This document shows positions 1 to 9,314 of a stretch of DNA of 64,000 nt, piece after piece. How positions within the stretch are numbered: position 1 is the stretch's first letter; each line of letters begins with the position of its first letter. A program made the translations under genes and the position numbers. The stretch is from Candidatus Heimdallarchaeota archaeon (GTDB taxonomy: Archaea; Asgardarchaeota; Heimdallarchaeia; JABLTI01), in the NCBI GenBank assembly GCA_018238155.1, contig JABCTZ010000003.1, positions 128,001 to 192,000 on the forward strand. Direction: 5' to 3'. The notes under the pieces are model-generated. The model made no database searches, was not told the DNA's origin, and saw nothing but the letters and a program-made list of their open reading frames with translations.

Positions 1-483
1 ATCCTTTAGCTGTTTTTGAATTTCATTATTATTTATTGAAACTAGGATTTGTTCATCTAAATCTTCAGTCATTTCCTTTGCTTCTACGAAAGTTTTCTTA
101 CCTTCTTTTGAGAATTCCACCCAATTTTTACGACGCAACCATCCAATGGCTATATTAACTAATAATGGATCTAAACCGGATTTTTCTTTGAAATCGTCCA
201 ATAATATTTTTCTTTTCATTTTCTGTAACGCAACAAATACTTGTTTTTCTGGCAAACCTATTTTCAAATAACTCTTTCCCTCTTTAGTCAAGTCTATTTC
301 TTGCTCTGTTTTCTCTATACTATCAAGTAATCCCATTTCGGAAAGTTCGAGTATAATTTTCGCAATAACTACTTGATCTAGTTTTGTAGCCTTCACTAGT
401 TTTGGTTGCGAAATTTCTTTCTCATTTTGTATAAACTTTAGTATTTTTGCTTGATTTGCTGTTACAGAAGTGGTTGCTGGCAT
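1..483 (-). CDS. pheS: Phenylalanine-tRNA ligase alpha subunit, N-terminal part (runs off window)
   Basis: Not in the ORF track. Manual translation from ATG at 483 gives MPATTSVTANQAKIL...LTKEGKSYLKIGLPEKQV...IAIGWLRRKNWV, matching the archaeal/eukaryotic PheRS-alpha N-terminal domains; frame open to position 1. Confidence 0.85.
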   Translation of the reverse strand, partial: MPATTSVTANQAKILKFIQNEKEISQPKLVKATKLDQVVIAKIILELSEMGLLDSIEKTEQEIDLTKEGKSYLKIGLPEKQVFVALQKMKRKILLDDFKEKSGLDPLLVNIAIGWLRRKNWVEFSKEGKKTFVEAKEMTEDLDEQILVSINNNEIQKQLKD

Positions 484-620
484 AAGCTCTACCTCATATT
501 CCTAACAATTTTCAAGTTCAATAATTGAAAAATCTTTCCATGGAAATAATTCATTTTGGAGTATATCATTAAATTTAAGAAAACGTTTTATTTCAATCAG
601 ATTTACATAGAATAGAATCC

Positions 621-1163
621 TTGGTGAATGATTTGGTCGTAATAACAATCTCTGGTCCTCATGGTGCAGGAAAAAGCACTTATGCAAAAGCTATCGCTAA
701 AGCTCTTAATCTCAAGTATGTTTCTTCTGGCGAAATCTTTAGAAGTTTAGCAAAAGAAAATAGTTGTGATCTTGAGATTTTTTCCAAGAAATGTGAGAAG
801 GATAAATCTATTGATAATAGAATTGATCAAATAACCATTGATGAGGCTAAAAAAGGTAATGTTGTTTTAGAAGGTCAATTAGCATCTTGGATGGCCAAAG
901 ATTTTTCTGATTTCAATATCTATGTTACTGCATCTCTTGATGTTCGAGTAAAGCGTATTGCAGGTCGAGATAAAACCGATTTTAACAAAGCCAAAAGAGA
1001 AACTATTGCACGAACTAGGAGTGCTATTCAACGGTTCAAACGAATGTATAAAATTGATACCGAAAATAAAGATATTTATGATATAATTCTCAGCTCAGAT
1101 CGTTTATCTAAACAAAAATGCATGAATATTCTTATTGCTGCATGCAAAGAGTTCGTCGAATGA
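621..1163 (+). CDS. cmk: Archaeal cytidylate kinase
   Basis: ITISGPHGAGKST P-loop, S.GEIFR, RVKRIA.RD; usual position before rpl14e-cbf5. Confidence 0.9.
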   Translation: MVNDLVVITISGPHGAGKSTYAKAIAKALNLKYVSSGEIFRSLAKENSCDLEIFSKKCEKDKSIDNRIDQITIDEAKKGNVVLEGQLASWMAKDFSDFNIYVTASLDVRVKRIAGRDKTDFNKAKRETIARTRSAIQRFKRMYKIDTENKDIYDIILSSDRLSKQKCMNILIAACKEFVE

Positions 1164-1317
1164 TTTTTTTTGGATTTCGTTTTGAAGGGAAAAGTTAAAA
1201 ACCATTTGCAATTGTTTTTGTTTTAACTCAGAATAGATGCTTATTTAGGCTTCCTCGCAAGGTGACGCGGGGACCAGGTTTGAAGCAAAATAAATCTGTG
1301 AAAGGAGTTAACAAACT

Positions 1318-1593
1318 ATGATTGAAATTGGTCGAATAGTAATTAAAACAGCAGGTCGAGAAGCTTTGAAGAAAGCAGTTGTTGTTGATATAATTGATAA
1401 AAATTATATTTTAATTACGGGACCTCCTAGCCTGAGTGGTCTCAAGAGAAGACGAGTAAATATCAGTCATCTTGAACCAACCAAGAAGAAGGTAGAAATA
1501 ACCCGTAAGGCAACTGATGCCGACGTACTTGCCGCAGCAAAAGCTGCTGGTCTTGATGCTTTTATCAAAGAACGTCTCAAGCTTAATGTATAG
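1318..1593 (+). CDS. rpl14e: 50S ribosomal protein L14e
   Basis: IEIGRIVIKTAGREA...VVVDIIDKNY.LITGP...KRRRVNI.HLEPT signature. Confidence 0.97.
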   Translation: MIEIGRIVIKTAGREALKKAVVVDIIDKNYILITGPPSLSGLKRRRVNISHLEPTKKKVEITRKATDADVLAAAKAAGLDAFIKERLKLNV

Positions 1594-1770
1594 TAAATTG
1601 AAGAGGTTTGATTTTTAATCTTTTTTTAAGAAAATTAATCAAACATTTCTTTCCTTTTCTTGAATCAAGAAGGAAAGCTTTTATTTTTCTTCTATTCAAA
1701 GGGAATTGTTTTTAGTGAAATAGGATAGATAGATATATCGAATAATTACATCCATTGGTGTTGGAAAGCT

Positions 1771-2784
1771 ATGTCATCACAGTCTCGAATCTTACCATCA
1801 GAAAAAAAGCGAAAACTATTAGTCAAAACAGATGATTTTGAAATAACTAATCATGGTTTGATTCCTGAAGAACGAGATGTTAAGGAGCTTATTCGGTTGG
1901 GGGTTATCAATGTTGACAAACACCCAAATCCGACTAGTCAAGAGATTGTTGCTACGGTAAAAAGGATTTTTAATTTGCGAAAAGCAGGGCACTCTGGAAC
2001 ACTTGACCCTTCTGTAACGGGCATTCTTCCTATTGCTTTGGAAGATGCAACAAAAATCACCGATGCACTCCTTCCTTCTGGAAAAGAATATGTTTGTATA
2101 ATGCATCTTCATAGTCTGGTGAAGAAGGGTGACCTACGAGAAATAATCACTCAATTCCATGGAGAGATCTATCAAAAGCCACCCGTTAAATCTTCTGTGA
2201 AAAGAGTTCTAAGAACAAGAAAAATCTATTATATCGACCTCTTGGAAGTAGATGGTCAAGATGTTTTATTCCAAGTAGGTTGTGAAAAAGGCACTTACAT
2301 TCGGAAACTTTGTCATGATATTGGTTTGACTTTAGGTACTGGTGCACACATGAAAGAATTGCGCCGAACAAAAACAGGTCCATTCAGAGAAGATGAAACA
2401 TTAGCCTCATTAACTCGAGTTTTTGATGCTTATGAGGTTTGGAAAGAATCTGGTGATGAAGAGGAACTTCGTCAAGTTGTTTTACCAATGGAACGTGGTT
2501 TAACTCATTTGCCAAAAATAGTCATTCGTGATAACGCAATTGGTGCTATCTGTCATGGTGCAAGTTTGGCTATGCCAGGAGTAATTAAAGTCGATGATAT
2601 TATTGAGAAGGATTCTCTCATTCTTTTAGAAAGCCTGAAAGGAGAAGCAATAGCATTAGCCAAAGCTATTGAAAGCTCTAAGACTATCTTAACAGAAAAT
2701 CATGGTTTAGCCGCCAAAACATCTCGAGTATTAATGGATCGCGATGTTTATCCGAAAGATTGGAAGGAATCGGTCAAAAAATGA
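1771..2784 (+). CDS. cbf5: H/ACA-guided pseudouridine synthase Cbf5 (TruB family, PUA domain)
   Basis: GHSGTLDP catalytic motif, KEYVC, GTYIRKLCHD, C-terminal PUA (AICHGA.LA.PG). Confidence 0.96.
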   Translation: MSSQSRILPSEKKRKLLVKTDDFEITNHGLIPEERDVKELIRLGVINVDKHPNPTSQEIVATVKRIFNLRKAGHSGTLDPSVTGILPIALEDATKITDALLPSGKEYVCIMHLHSLVKKGDLREIITQFHGEIYQKPPVKSSVKRVLRTRKIYYIDLLEVDGQDVLFQVGCEKGTYIRKLCHDIGLTLGTGAHMKELRRTKTGPFREDETLASLTRVFDAYEVWKESGDEEELRQVVLPMERGLTHLPKIVIRDNAIGAICHGASLAMPGVIKVDDIIEKDSLILLESLKGEAIALAKAIESSKTILTENHGLAAKTSRVLMDRDVYPKDWKESVKK

Positions 2785-3404
2785 CCCCCCATTATTTCTC
2801 AGAAAAACCATCCACAACTGGAAAAACTATTCAAATACATTCTCATCAATTAGGTAATCGCTTAGCTTTTAAAAGTCAATCTGGAATTTTTGGTTGGAAG
2901 AAAGTAGATACAGGTAGCGAACTTTTATTAAATACTTTAATTCTGCCATCAAAATCCGGTTTGACTATTTTGGACCTTGGTTGCGGGTATGGATTTTTGG
3001 GTATTGCATTAGCAAAAGCATATCCACAAAATAATTTTATTTTAACAGATATTAACAAGTTAGCTGTGAGATTAACTAAAGAAAATTGTAAAACAAATAA
3101 TGTTCTTCAAAACACTAGAGTGTGTCAAGGGAATTTATATGAACCCATTAAAAATGACCTCTTTGATATTATCATAACAAATCCACCTTTGATGGCTGGT
3201 AAAGCAATATTGAAGGAAATTATTGCCAATTCAGTCAATTACTTGAATGAACAAGGATCAATACAACTTGTTGTTCCAAAGAAGAAAGGGTTAGTCTCAA
3301 TGCAAAAGATGTTAGTAAGTGTTTATGGAACATATCAAATTCTAGCAAAAGAATCGGGTTTTTGGATATTGAAATCCGAGAAAACAAAAGTTCAAATGAA
3401 TTAA
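2781..3404 (+). CDS. Class I SAM-dependent methyltransferase (RsmC/MTS small-domain type)
   Basis: GIF...VD.GSELL, LDLGCGYG, TNPP; ATG 2781 overlaps the cbf5 stop. Confidence 0.88.
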   Translation: MTPHYFSEKPSTTGKTIQIHSHQLGNRLAFKSQSGIFGWKKVDTGSELLLNTLILPSKSGLTILDLGCGYGFLGIALAKAYPQNNFILTDINKLAVRLTKENCKTNNVLQNTRVCQGNLYEPIKNDLFDIIITNPPLMAGKAILKEIIANSVNYLNEQGSIQLVVPKKKGLVSMQKMLVSVYGTYQILAKESGFWILKSEKTKVQMN

Positions 3405-3468
3405 GAATTTTATTTCTAATGGAAAAGCTAAAAAAGAGGTAAAAATCTTTAAACATAATTGAAAAATA

Positions 3469-3587
3469 GCCGAGGTGGCCTAGCCTGGTAGGGCGATTGC
3501 CTGGAATTTTTTTCCAAGTAATGAGCAATATACCGGTAAGCAATTGTGTGAAAGCACGCGCGAGTTCGAATCTCGTCCTCGGCACCA
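3469..3587 (+). tRNA. tRNA-Ser(GGA) with 32-nt intron at canonical position 37/38 (3507-3538) and encoded CCA
   Basis: Acceptor GCCGAGG/CCTCGGC, anticodon stem ATTGC/GCAAT with CT-GGA-A, long variable arm GTGT-GAAA-GCAC, T arm GCGAG-TTCGAAT-CTCGT; CTGG pairs with intron CCGG followed by a TAA bulge (BHB-like). Confidence 0.9.
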
Positions 3588-3660
3588 ATCCTTTCTCAAT
3601 GCTATCACATTTAATATGGATACTTTCCGCCAACTCTATTCTTTGCTTTTTTAATGCCAA

Positions 3661-3676
3661 TTTAGGTCTTTTTAAA
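3661..3676 (+). promoter_or_regulatory. Variant of the TTTAGCT-TATA promoter element (TTTAGGTCTTTTTAAA)
   Basis: Near match to four exact copies elsewhere in the window; about 40 nt upstream of ATG 3719. Confidence 0.5.
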
Positions 3677-3718
3677 TAAAAATTGGAATATATTATTGAG
3701 AACTATGAGTTGACAATT

Positions 3719-4039
3719 ATGGCTGAAAGTGCTAATAGTAATACTACTAATAATACTGCTAAAGGGTTTAGAAATAACTATGGAACGAAGATTTGTGATA
3801 TCATTCACTTCTATAATAAACAACGTTCTAATAGCTTACAAGTATTTGTGGAGGATCCTTATCTAAAAAATGGTCAATGGCCAACCAGTGGGTCTATTCG
3901 TCTTGTTCTAACCAAATTTGGTGAACCAAATCAAATTAACGCAATTAAACTGACTTTTGCTGAAGCAACTGAGCTTATCTTTCGATTACAAAGTGGTCTA
4001 CAAGCATCCTTTAGTAAAGAAGCTGCTCTTAGAAAATAA
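3719..4039 (+). CDS. Hypothetical protein, possibly PC4/Whirly-like ssDNA-binding fold
   Basis: Beta-strand pattern followed by IKLTFAEATEL helix; T-rich terminator-like tract follows; fold is inference. Confidence 0.6.
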   Translation: MAESANSNTTNNTAKGFRNNYGTKICDIIHFYNKQRSNSLQVFVEDPYLKNGQWPTSGSIRLVLTKFGEPNQINAIKLTFAEATELIFRLQSGLQASFSKEAALRK

Positions 4040-4202
4040 GTTTAAACATTCCTTTTTCTTTTTAGAGAGTTTGTTTTACTTTCAATACCTCTTTTTTTGC
4101 TGATTTCTCTCTTTTTTTGCCTTTCATTAATGGATAAAGTCGAATAATTCAAATAATTAAGTTGTTAGCATTAATTAGAATAATTGTAAGGAATTAACAA
4201 TC

Positions 4203-5066
4203 TTGAGAAATTCAAACGGTGGAGTAATCTGGCTAATTTTATCTGGAGCAGCAGTGGGTTTTGCATTGTCCCTTATTCTTGCTTCTATGTTATTTTTGCA
4301 GTATTTGATCCCTGTCTTCATTCTCTTAGTAATCAGTGGTTTTATCTGTGCTAGAGTAATTGGAAGGAGTGGTGGAGAATTTTCCGAAGACACAAAAAGC
4401 TATGCTCTAATTTTAGAGGGCATAATTTTCGGAATAACCTTTGATTTGATGCGCTACAGATATGATTGGATGATTAATATCTTCAAATTTATTGCCATTG
4501 GAACTTTTTTCATTCTATTTGCAATAGTTTACAAGCGGAATTTAGAGGAGTATACAAATAATCATCCTGATGATGGACCATATATGGCAATAATGCGTCC
4601 CTCAATTCTTTATATATTGGTTGGTTGTAATTTTGCTCTTGCAGTCAATTGCATTGTTGAAGCTTTTATGGGGTCTGCGTATTTCTTTGTTTTGTTACCT
4701 TTAATGGTACTTTTTGGCGTATTATTGATGTTTTTCTCAAAAGCAGATTTCGATTTGTTGAGTACGGATTCTGGCGTTTGGAATCAGCTTTTTGCAGGAA
4801 TGATGTTGGGTTTTGCTTATGATTTAGCCCTCTTCAGAGTTCTCTTATGGCAAGATATTATCAAGTTATTCATTGTTTGTATGATGTTCACAATAACTGC
4901 TTTATTTATTCGAATGAAGAAACCAACAAAGATGGGTATAGGTGGTATTTCTCTTGAATCCACTAAATCTAAGAAGAAAAAATCTTCGTCTGGTGTTGAA
5001 ATCTCTTTCGCTGAGAAAAAACCTCGCAGAAAGTCTACAAAATCTACAAGCAAGAAGAGGAGATAA
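4203..5066 (+). CDS. Multi-pass membrane protein with Lys-rich C-terminal tail
   Basis: About 8 hydrophobic segments with an apparent internal duplication (GIIFGITFDL / GMMLGFAYDL); KKKK/RRK tail. Confidence 0.75.
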   Translation: MRNSNGGVIWLILSGAAVGFALSLILASMLFLQYLIPVFILLVISGFICARVIGRSGGEFSEDTKSYALILEGIIFGITFDLMRYRYDWMINIFKFIAIGTFFILFAIVYKRNLEEYTNNHPDDGPYMAIMRPSILYILVGCNFALAVNCIVEAFMGSAYFFVLLPLMVLFGVLLMFFSKADFDLLSTDSGVWNQLFAGMMLGFAYDLALFRVLLWQDIIKLFIVCMMFTITALFIRMKKPTKMGIGGISLESTKSKKKKSSSGVEISFAEKKPRRKSTKSTSKKRR

Positions 5067-5072
5067 TTTCTA

Positions 5073-6470
5073 ATGCAAAGAAACAGTTTTAAGTTTTTTA
5101 TTCTCTTTACCATTTTCTTGGTTCCATTTCTCTTTGCTCCTCTTACAGCTGGCTTTACTCAAGCTGCCCCTGTTGACGAGTACCCTAAATTTGGCTTTAG
5201 CTACATCAATGGTATAGTTGGTGCCACTGAATTAGAGGAGCCTGGTTATCAAAAAGCGGTTGATATTGGTGCCACTATCGAACATCGAGAATTTAGTTGG
5301 TCCTATCTTGATTCTTCTATTGAAAGTGTATATGAATGGAAAAAATTATACCTCAACAAATTTCCAGAAATGAATGCATCTATTGCACTTGGTGTTATCA
5401 GTAGTAATTACAGTGTTCTCACTTCAAAATTTAATTTTACAAGATATACAACTGTGCCTACGCCTGAATCAAATATTACTCGATTAAATGATCCATTAGT
5501 CATTATCTCTCTCAAAAATATCACTGATACTATTCTTGGAGATGTCGGTGGTTTTAGTTATATTAGCTTTGGAAATGAAGTCAATGGTTTTTTTGAGACC
5601 TATTTTAATTACCAAACTAAGTTAATGACCAATACAGTCATGCTCGATGATTATGTTAATCTTACTGAGCAAATGTATTCTTATGTTAAAATAAAATATC
5701 CTTCAGTCAAAGTAATGATGAGTTTCCGAAATCAAATTACTTCAGATCCAATTAATATTGCTGCTATAATTGCTCGCTTTAACAACTCTTGTGATATATA
5801 CTCTATGACAGCCAGAATATTCACAAATGATTTTGGTTTTCTTGACATCCTCTCAGAGAATGAAATTATAGCTCGCTTCAAGAATTTCATTGATTTAACG
5901 GGTTCTAAGAAATTTGCTGTAACAAATACATTTACCATTTCTGATAGTAGTGCAGGTGGTTCTGAACTATACCAAGCCAATTTCGTTCGATCACTGTTTA
6001 AACTAGCACGTGATTATTCTGATAAAATGGAGTTTCTATGTTGGTATCATATTTTTGATTTGCCTCGTGGTTATCTTGGAATGATTTTTAATCCATTCCT
6101 TGAAGCTCAACGTTCTCTTGGTTTATTGACAGAATTTGGTGATTATAAGATGTCTTATTTCGCTTGGATTGAAGAAATGCGAGCTCTTGGTCGATTGCCA
6201 AATTATTATACTCCTTGGAAGATTGCACTTTATTCAATAACCTTAACTGCAATTGGCGGATTTTTGGTCTTTGCCTATGTTATGGAAGGCATTGATTTCT
6301 ATAAGAAACAACAACAAAAAGAAACACCCCCTGATGAAATTGATTTTATACAAAAACCTAAGGAACCTTCCAAAAAGAAGAAACGCAAATCAAAGGGATC
6401 TATTGTTTTTGATAAAAGATACTCCTATGATGACAAAGAAGAATCAGTAACAGCTGAAGAAGAGAAGTAA
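5073..6470 (+). CDS. Secreted, C-terminally anchored glycoside-hydrolase-like (clan GH-A type) protein
   Basis: Signal peptide, FGNEVN acid/base motif, C-terminal TM helix and charged tail. Confidence 0.6.
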   Translation: MQRNSFKFFILFTIFLVPFLFAPLTAGFTQAAPVDEYPKFGFSYINGIVGATELEEPGYQKAVDIGATIEHREFSWSYLDSSIESVYEWKKLYLNKFPEMNASIALGVISSNYSVLTSKFNFTRYTTVPTPESNITRLNDPLVIISLKNITDTILGDVGGFSYISFGNEVNGFFETYFNYQTKLMTNTVMLDDYVNLTEQMYSYVKIKYPSVKVMMSFRNQITSDPINIAAIIARFNNSCDIYSMTARIFTNDFGFLDILSENEIIARFKNFIDLTGSKKFAVTNTFTISDSSAGGSELYQANFVRSLFKLARDYSDKMEFLCWYHIFDLPRGYLGMIFNPFLEAQRSLGLLTEFGDYKMSYFAWIEEMRALGRLPNYYTPWKIALYSITLTAIGGFLVFAYVMEGIDFYKKQQQKETPPDEIDFIQKPKEPSKKKKRKSKGSIVFDKRYSYDDKEESVTAEEEK

Positions 6471-6694
6471 TTTTTCCTCTTCCTCAAATCTTTTTTTTGT
6501 TGGAAAAACAGACTGATAATTGGATAGGCATTGTTTGGATCAAAATAAGTAATGAATTTCGATACGATTTGTTCATTGAATAATCCATTCCAAATTTAAG
6601 CAAGCGTTCTTTTATTTTGCTCCCAGAGATAGATTAAATGGTTCTGCAACTTTAAATTTAGGATGATTCGTTACTAAGGAAAAAAGAAAAGATA

Positions 6695-7420
6695 TTATCT
6701 TCCACCTAAACCTGGGAAGTAATACTTTTTACCTTCAGCGTAGCTTGCATCTACACGTGCTATACCTGTATCTCGCATTGCTTCTAATGCACGTTCACTT
6801 CTTTCTTGATTCCAACCAGTTTTCATGATTAGTTCTTCAATCGAAATCCAACCTTTTCTAGTTGAAAGAGTCAAAACTTCTTCTTGATCCTCAGAAAGAT
6901 TTGCTGGAATAAATTCGACTAATTTTACTCCGCCTTTTAATTCTCTTACTTCTGGGATAACTTTCGCATCAGAGAGTTTACCGATTGATATTACAACATC
7001 TTTAACGGGGATTATTTTTCCAGGACGTCCTTTATTTACGAGGATAACCACTTCTCCTAATGTCATTAATCCTCCCGTATATTCTTGAACTTCTTTTGCT
7101 TTTTCGAGAATCTCAATACCAAGGCGCTCAAAGAAATCGCCTCCGCCTATCTTATCCCAGAAAGTAGCACTTTCTTTCCATTCATAAACTCCAAGTTCAT
7201 CTGGTAATCCTAATTCTTGTCTTAGTTCCACCAATTTTTTGTATGAATCTTCATTACCCGTAATATCTTTTTTCCATTTCTTCTCAAATCTCTTAAGACG
7301 GCTCTGAAGTTCACGAATGTTTTCGAGCATGATTTCTAAATCTTTAATCATTATTTCTGCTTCTTTTGCTTTGAAAGCTGATTTTATTCTGATCTTTTTT
7401 TCTATTTCTCTTAAACCCAT
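6695..7420 (-). CDS. ESCRT-II Vps22/Vps36-like (EAP30 family) protein
   Basis: GGGDFFERLGIEILE...TGGLMTLGEV resembles Snf8/Vps22; tandem winged helices ending W..ER...AL..M...G.A.VD. Confidence 0.88.
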   Translation of the reverse strand: MGLREIEKKIRIKSAFKAKEAEIMIKDLEIMLENIRELQSRLKRFEKKWKKDITGNEDSYKKLVELRQELGLPDELGVYEWKESATFWDKIGGGDFFERLGIEILEKAKEVQEYTGGLMTLGEVVILVNKGRPGKIIPVKDVVISIGKLSDAKVIPEVRELKGGVKLVEFIPANLSEDQEEVLTLSTRKGWISIEELIMKTGWNQERSERALEAMRDTGIARVDASYAEGKKYYFPGLGGR

Positions 7421-7579
7421 GATGTTTCATTCCTTGGTATATAGTTTAGCTTTGGATATTTAATCATTATAACCTTTCTATTTATGAGAATCTTAAGTAT
7501 TAATTGACAAATAAAACTTTAAACGTTCTCTTATTAGAAGATTAATGTAAATGTAAGTTTAATTGGTTTTGATGTAGTA

Positions 7580-8905
7580 ATGAACTCGATAAATGGAACT
7601 AAAGTTGCTTTACGCGAAGAAGTTATTTCAATATTGATGCAATTTGAAAATTCTTCACATACTTTGCGACAAATTATTCGGCAACATCTTAGTAAAAATT
7701 CATTTCCATTTCCTATTGCAGCAAGAATTCAAACATTATCTTTAGGAGTGGTGCAATATAAGAATACTATCGATTTTATTCTCAATCGGAGTCGTTTTCA
7801 TTTATCATTAAAGGAAATCCCCAAAATAGATCTACTTCGTCTTCGCTTAGCACTTTTCGAAGGTCGTTGGCAAAAACGTTCTATTAGAAAACTCGAACTT
7901 TTTTTGAAAGAAAAAAAATACCTCAAAATCCTTACAAAAGCTATTAATTTAGATCTCGTTTCTGCAATTAAATCAATGAAACGTGAAGAACAAAATAGCG
8001 TTCTCTATTCACATCCAACTTTTCTTGTCCACACTCTCACTGAAAAATTAGGTGAAACTGAAACAATTTCTCTAATGAAGAAGAATAATAGTTCACCTAC
8101 ATCATATCTTCGTATAAATCAATTAATTACCAATCAAAAAGAAGTTCTCTCTTCTTTAAGAGAAAAGAAAGTGATTTTAGAGCAGGATCAAGCTTTTCCA
8201 TTTCTTTATGTTATCAAAGACGGCATGAAAACATTGATTGATACAGATGCTTTCAAAAATGGTGAGATATTCATTCAAGATAAGGCAAGTATTTTGGCTG
8301 TTAAAACACTTGATCCTCAACCTGGTGATTTCATTTGGGATGCCTGTGCAGCACCTGGCATGAAAACACATTTAATCTGGGAGTTTATGGAAGGCAAAGG
8401 CACTCTAATTGCAAGTGATATACATTATCAACGATTGCTAGGTGCACAACAACGCTTTCAAAGTTATGGTATTGATCAAGTTGAATGGATTCATACTGAT
8501 GCTGCAAAAGCTTCTATTCCTAATGCAAAGAAAATCCTCATAGATGCTCCTTGTACTTCTACCGGCATTCTTCAAAGTTATCCTTCATATAAATGGCGTT
8601 TAAATAAAAAATGGCTCTTTTCTATTATGACTATTCAAAATAAAATTTTAGATGGTATTATTTCTAAATATTTAGATAAACCAGGTACTGAGATTCTCTA
8701 TTCTACATGTTCAATTTTACCTCATGAGGGTGAAAATCAAATTGATTCTGTTTTAGATCGCTATAATGTTGAACTTATGAAAGGACCGAATTTTGGTCAA
8801 GCTGGCTATCCAAATTTCAAATGTTCTAAAGAAGTTCGAAGATTATTCCCACATACTGATAATACAAATGGTTTTTTCATTGCTCATTTAAAAATTAGTG
8901 AATAA
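7580..8905 (+). CDS. RsmB/NOP2-family RNA m5C methyltransferase with NusB-like N-terminus
   Basis: QDKAS, DACAAPGMKT, DAPCTSTG, YSTCS, GFFIA motifs. Confidence 0.92.
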   Translation: MNSINGTKVALREEVISILMQFENSSHTLRQIIRQHLSKNSFPFPIAARIQTLSLGVVQYKNTIDFILNRSRFHLSLKEIPKIDLLRLRLALFEGRWQKRSIRKLELFLKEKKYLKILTKAINLDLVSAIKSMKREEQNSVLYSHPTFLVHTLTEKLGETETISLMKKNNSSPTSYLRINQLITNQKEVLSSLREKKVILEQDQAFPFLYVIKDGMKTLIDTDAFKNGEIFIQDKASILAVKTLDPQPGDFIWDACAAPGMKTHLIWEFMEGKGTLIASDIHYQRLLGAQQRFQSYGIDQVEWIHTDAAKASIPNAKKILIDAPCTSTGILQSYPSYKWRLNKKWLFSIMTIQNKILDGIISKYLDKPGTEILYSTCSILPHEGENQIDSVLDRYNVELMKGPNFGQAGYPNFKCSKEVRRLFPHTDNTNGFFIAHLKISE

Positions 8906-8944
8906 AAAAGAAATGAATGAAGAAAAGATATTGAATGATCTTTT

Positions 8945-9247
8945 CTAAATCGGAGGTTGCTTGTAATATTTTTTCAACCATTGGTAGATTTTCTCACGAA
9001 GTTTTTTCTCATCCCTATTTTCAAGGGGGAGAGCCTTTTTTTCTATGTAAGTATTAAAGAGGTTTTTTAACACCCCTCGAATTTGACTTGATAATTGATG
9101 TCTCTTTCCAAAAGTCTTTTCTGATTCGATCAAAGCATTATTTAGTTCTTCCAGAACAAAATCGGAATCTAAGGAAATCTCAAGATAGTTTAATATTTCT
9201 CGAAAGTGCTTGTATAGATTTCTATAGGCTACCGGATTTCCACGCAT
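8945..9247 (-). CDS. Small helical protein, possible stand-alone Vps28 C-terminal-domain paralog
   Basis: Directly downstream of vps28 on the same strand, GGAG SD-like site; by-eye similarity to the Vps28 CTD. Confidence 0.55.
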   Translation of the reverse strand: MRGNPVAYRNLYKHFREILNYLEISLDSDFVLEELNNALIESEKTFGKRHQLSSQIRGVLKNLFNTYIEKKALPLENRDEKKLREKIYQWLKKYYKQPPI

Positions 9248-9314
9248 GATACTTCATTTCTCCTAATTGTTCTGATTTTCTAAAAAGATGGGTAAGGTCA
9301 TTTGCCTTGATTTT

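Noticed and set aside
5-20. Other TTTAGCT heptamers (for example at 5, 7445, 30243, 46702) as regulon sites
   Set aside because: Not followed by a proper TATA box or located inside coding sequence; the heptamer alone is expected many times by chance
3235-3679. ORFs 3235..3660 (-) and 3497..3679 (+)
   Set aside because: They overlap the tRNA-Ser gene; shadow ORFs
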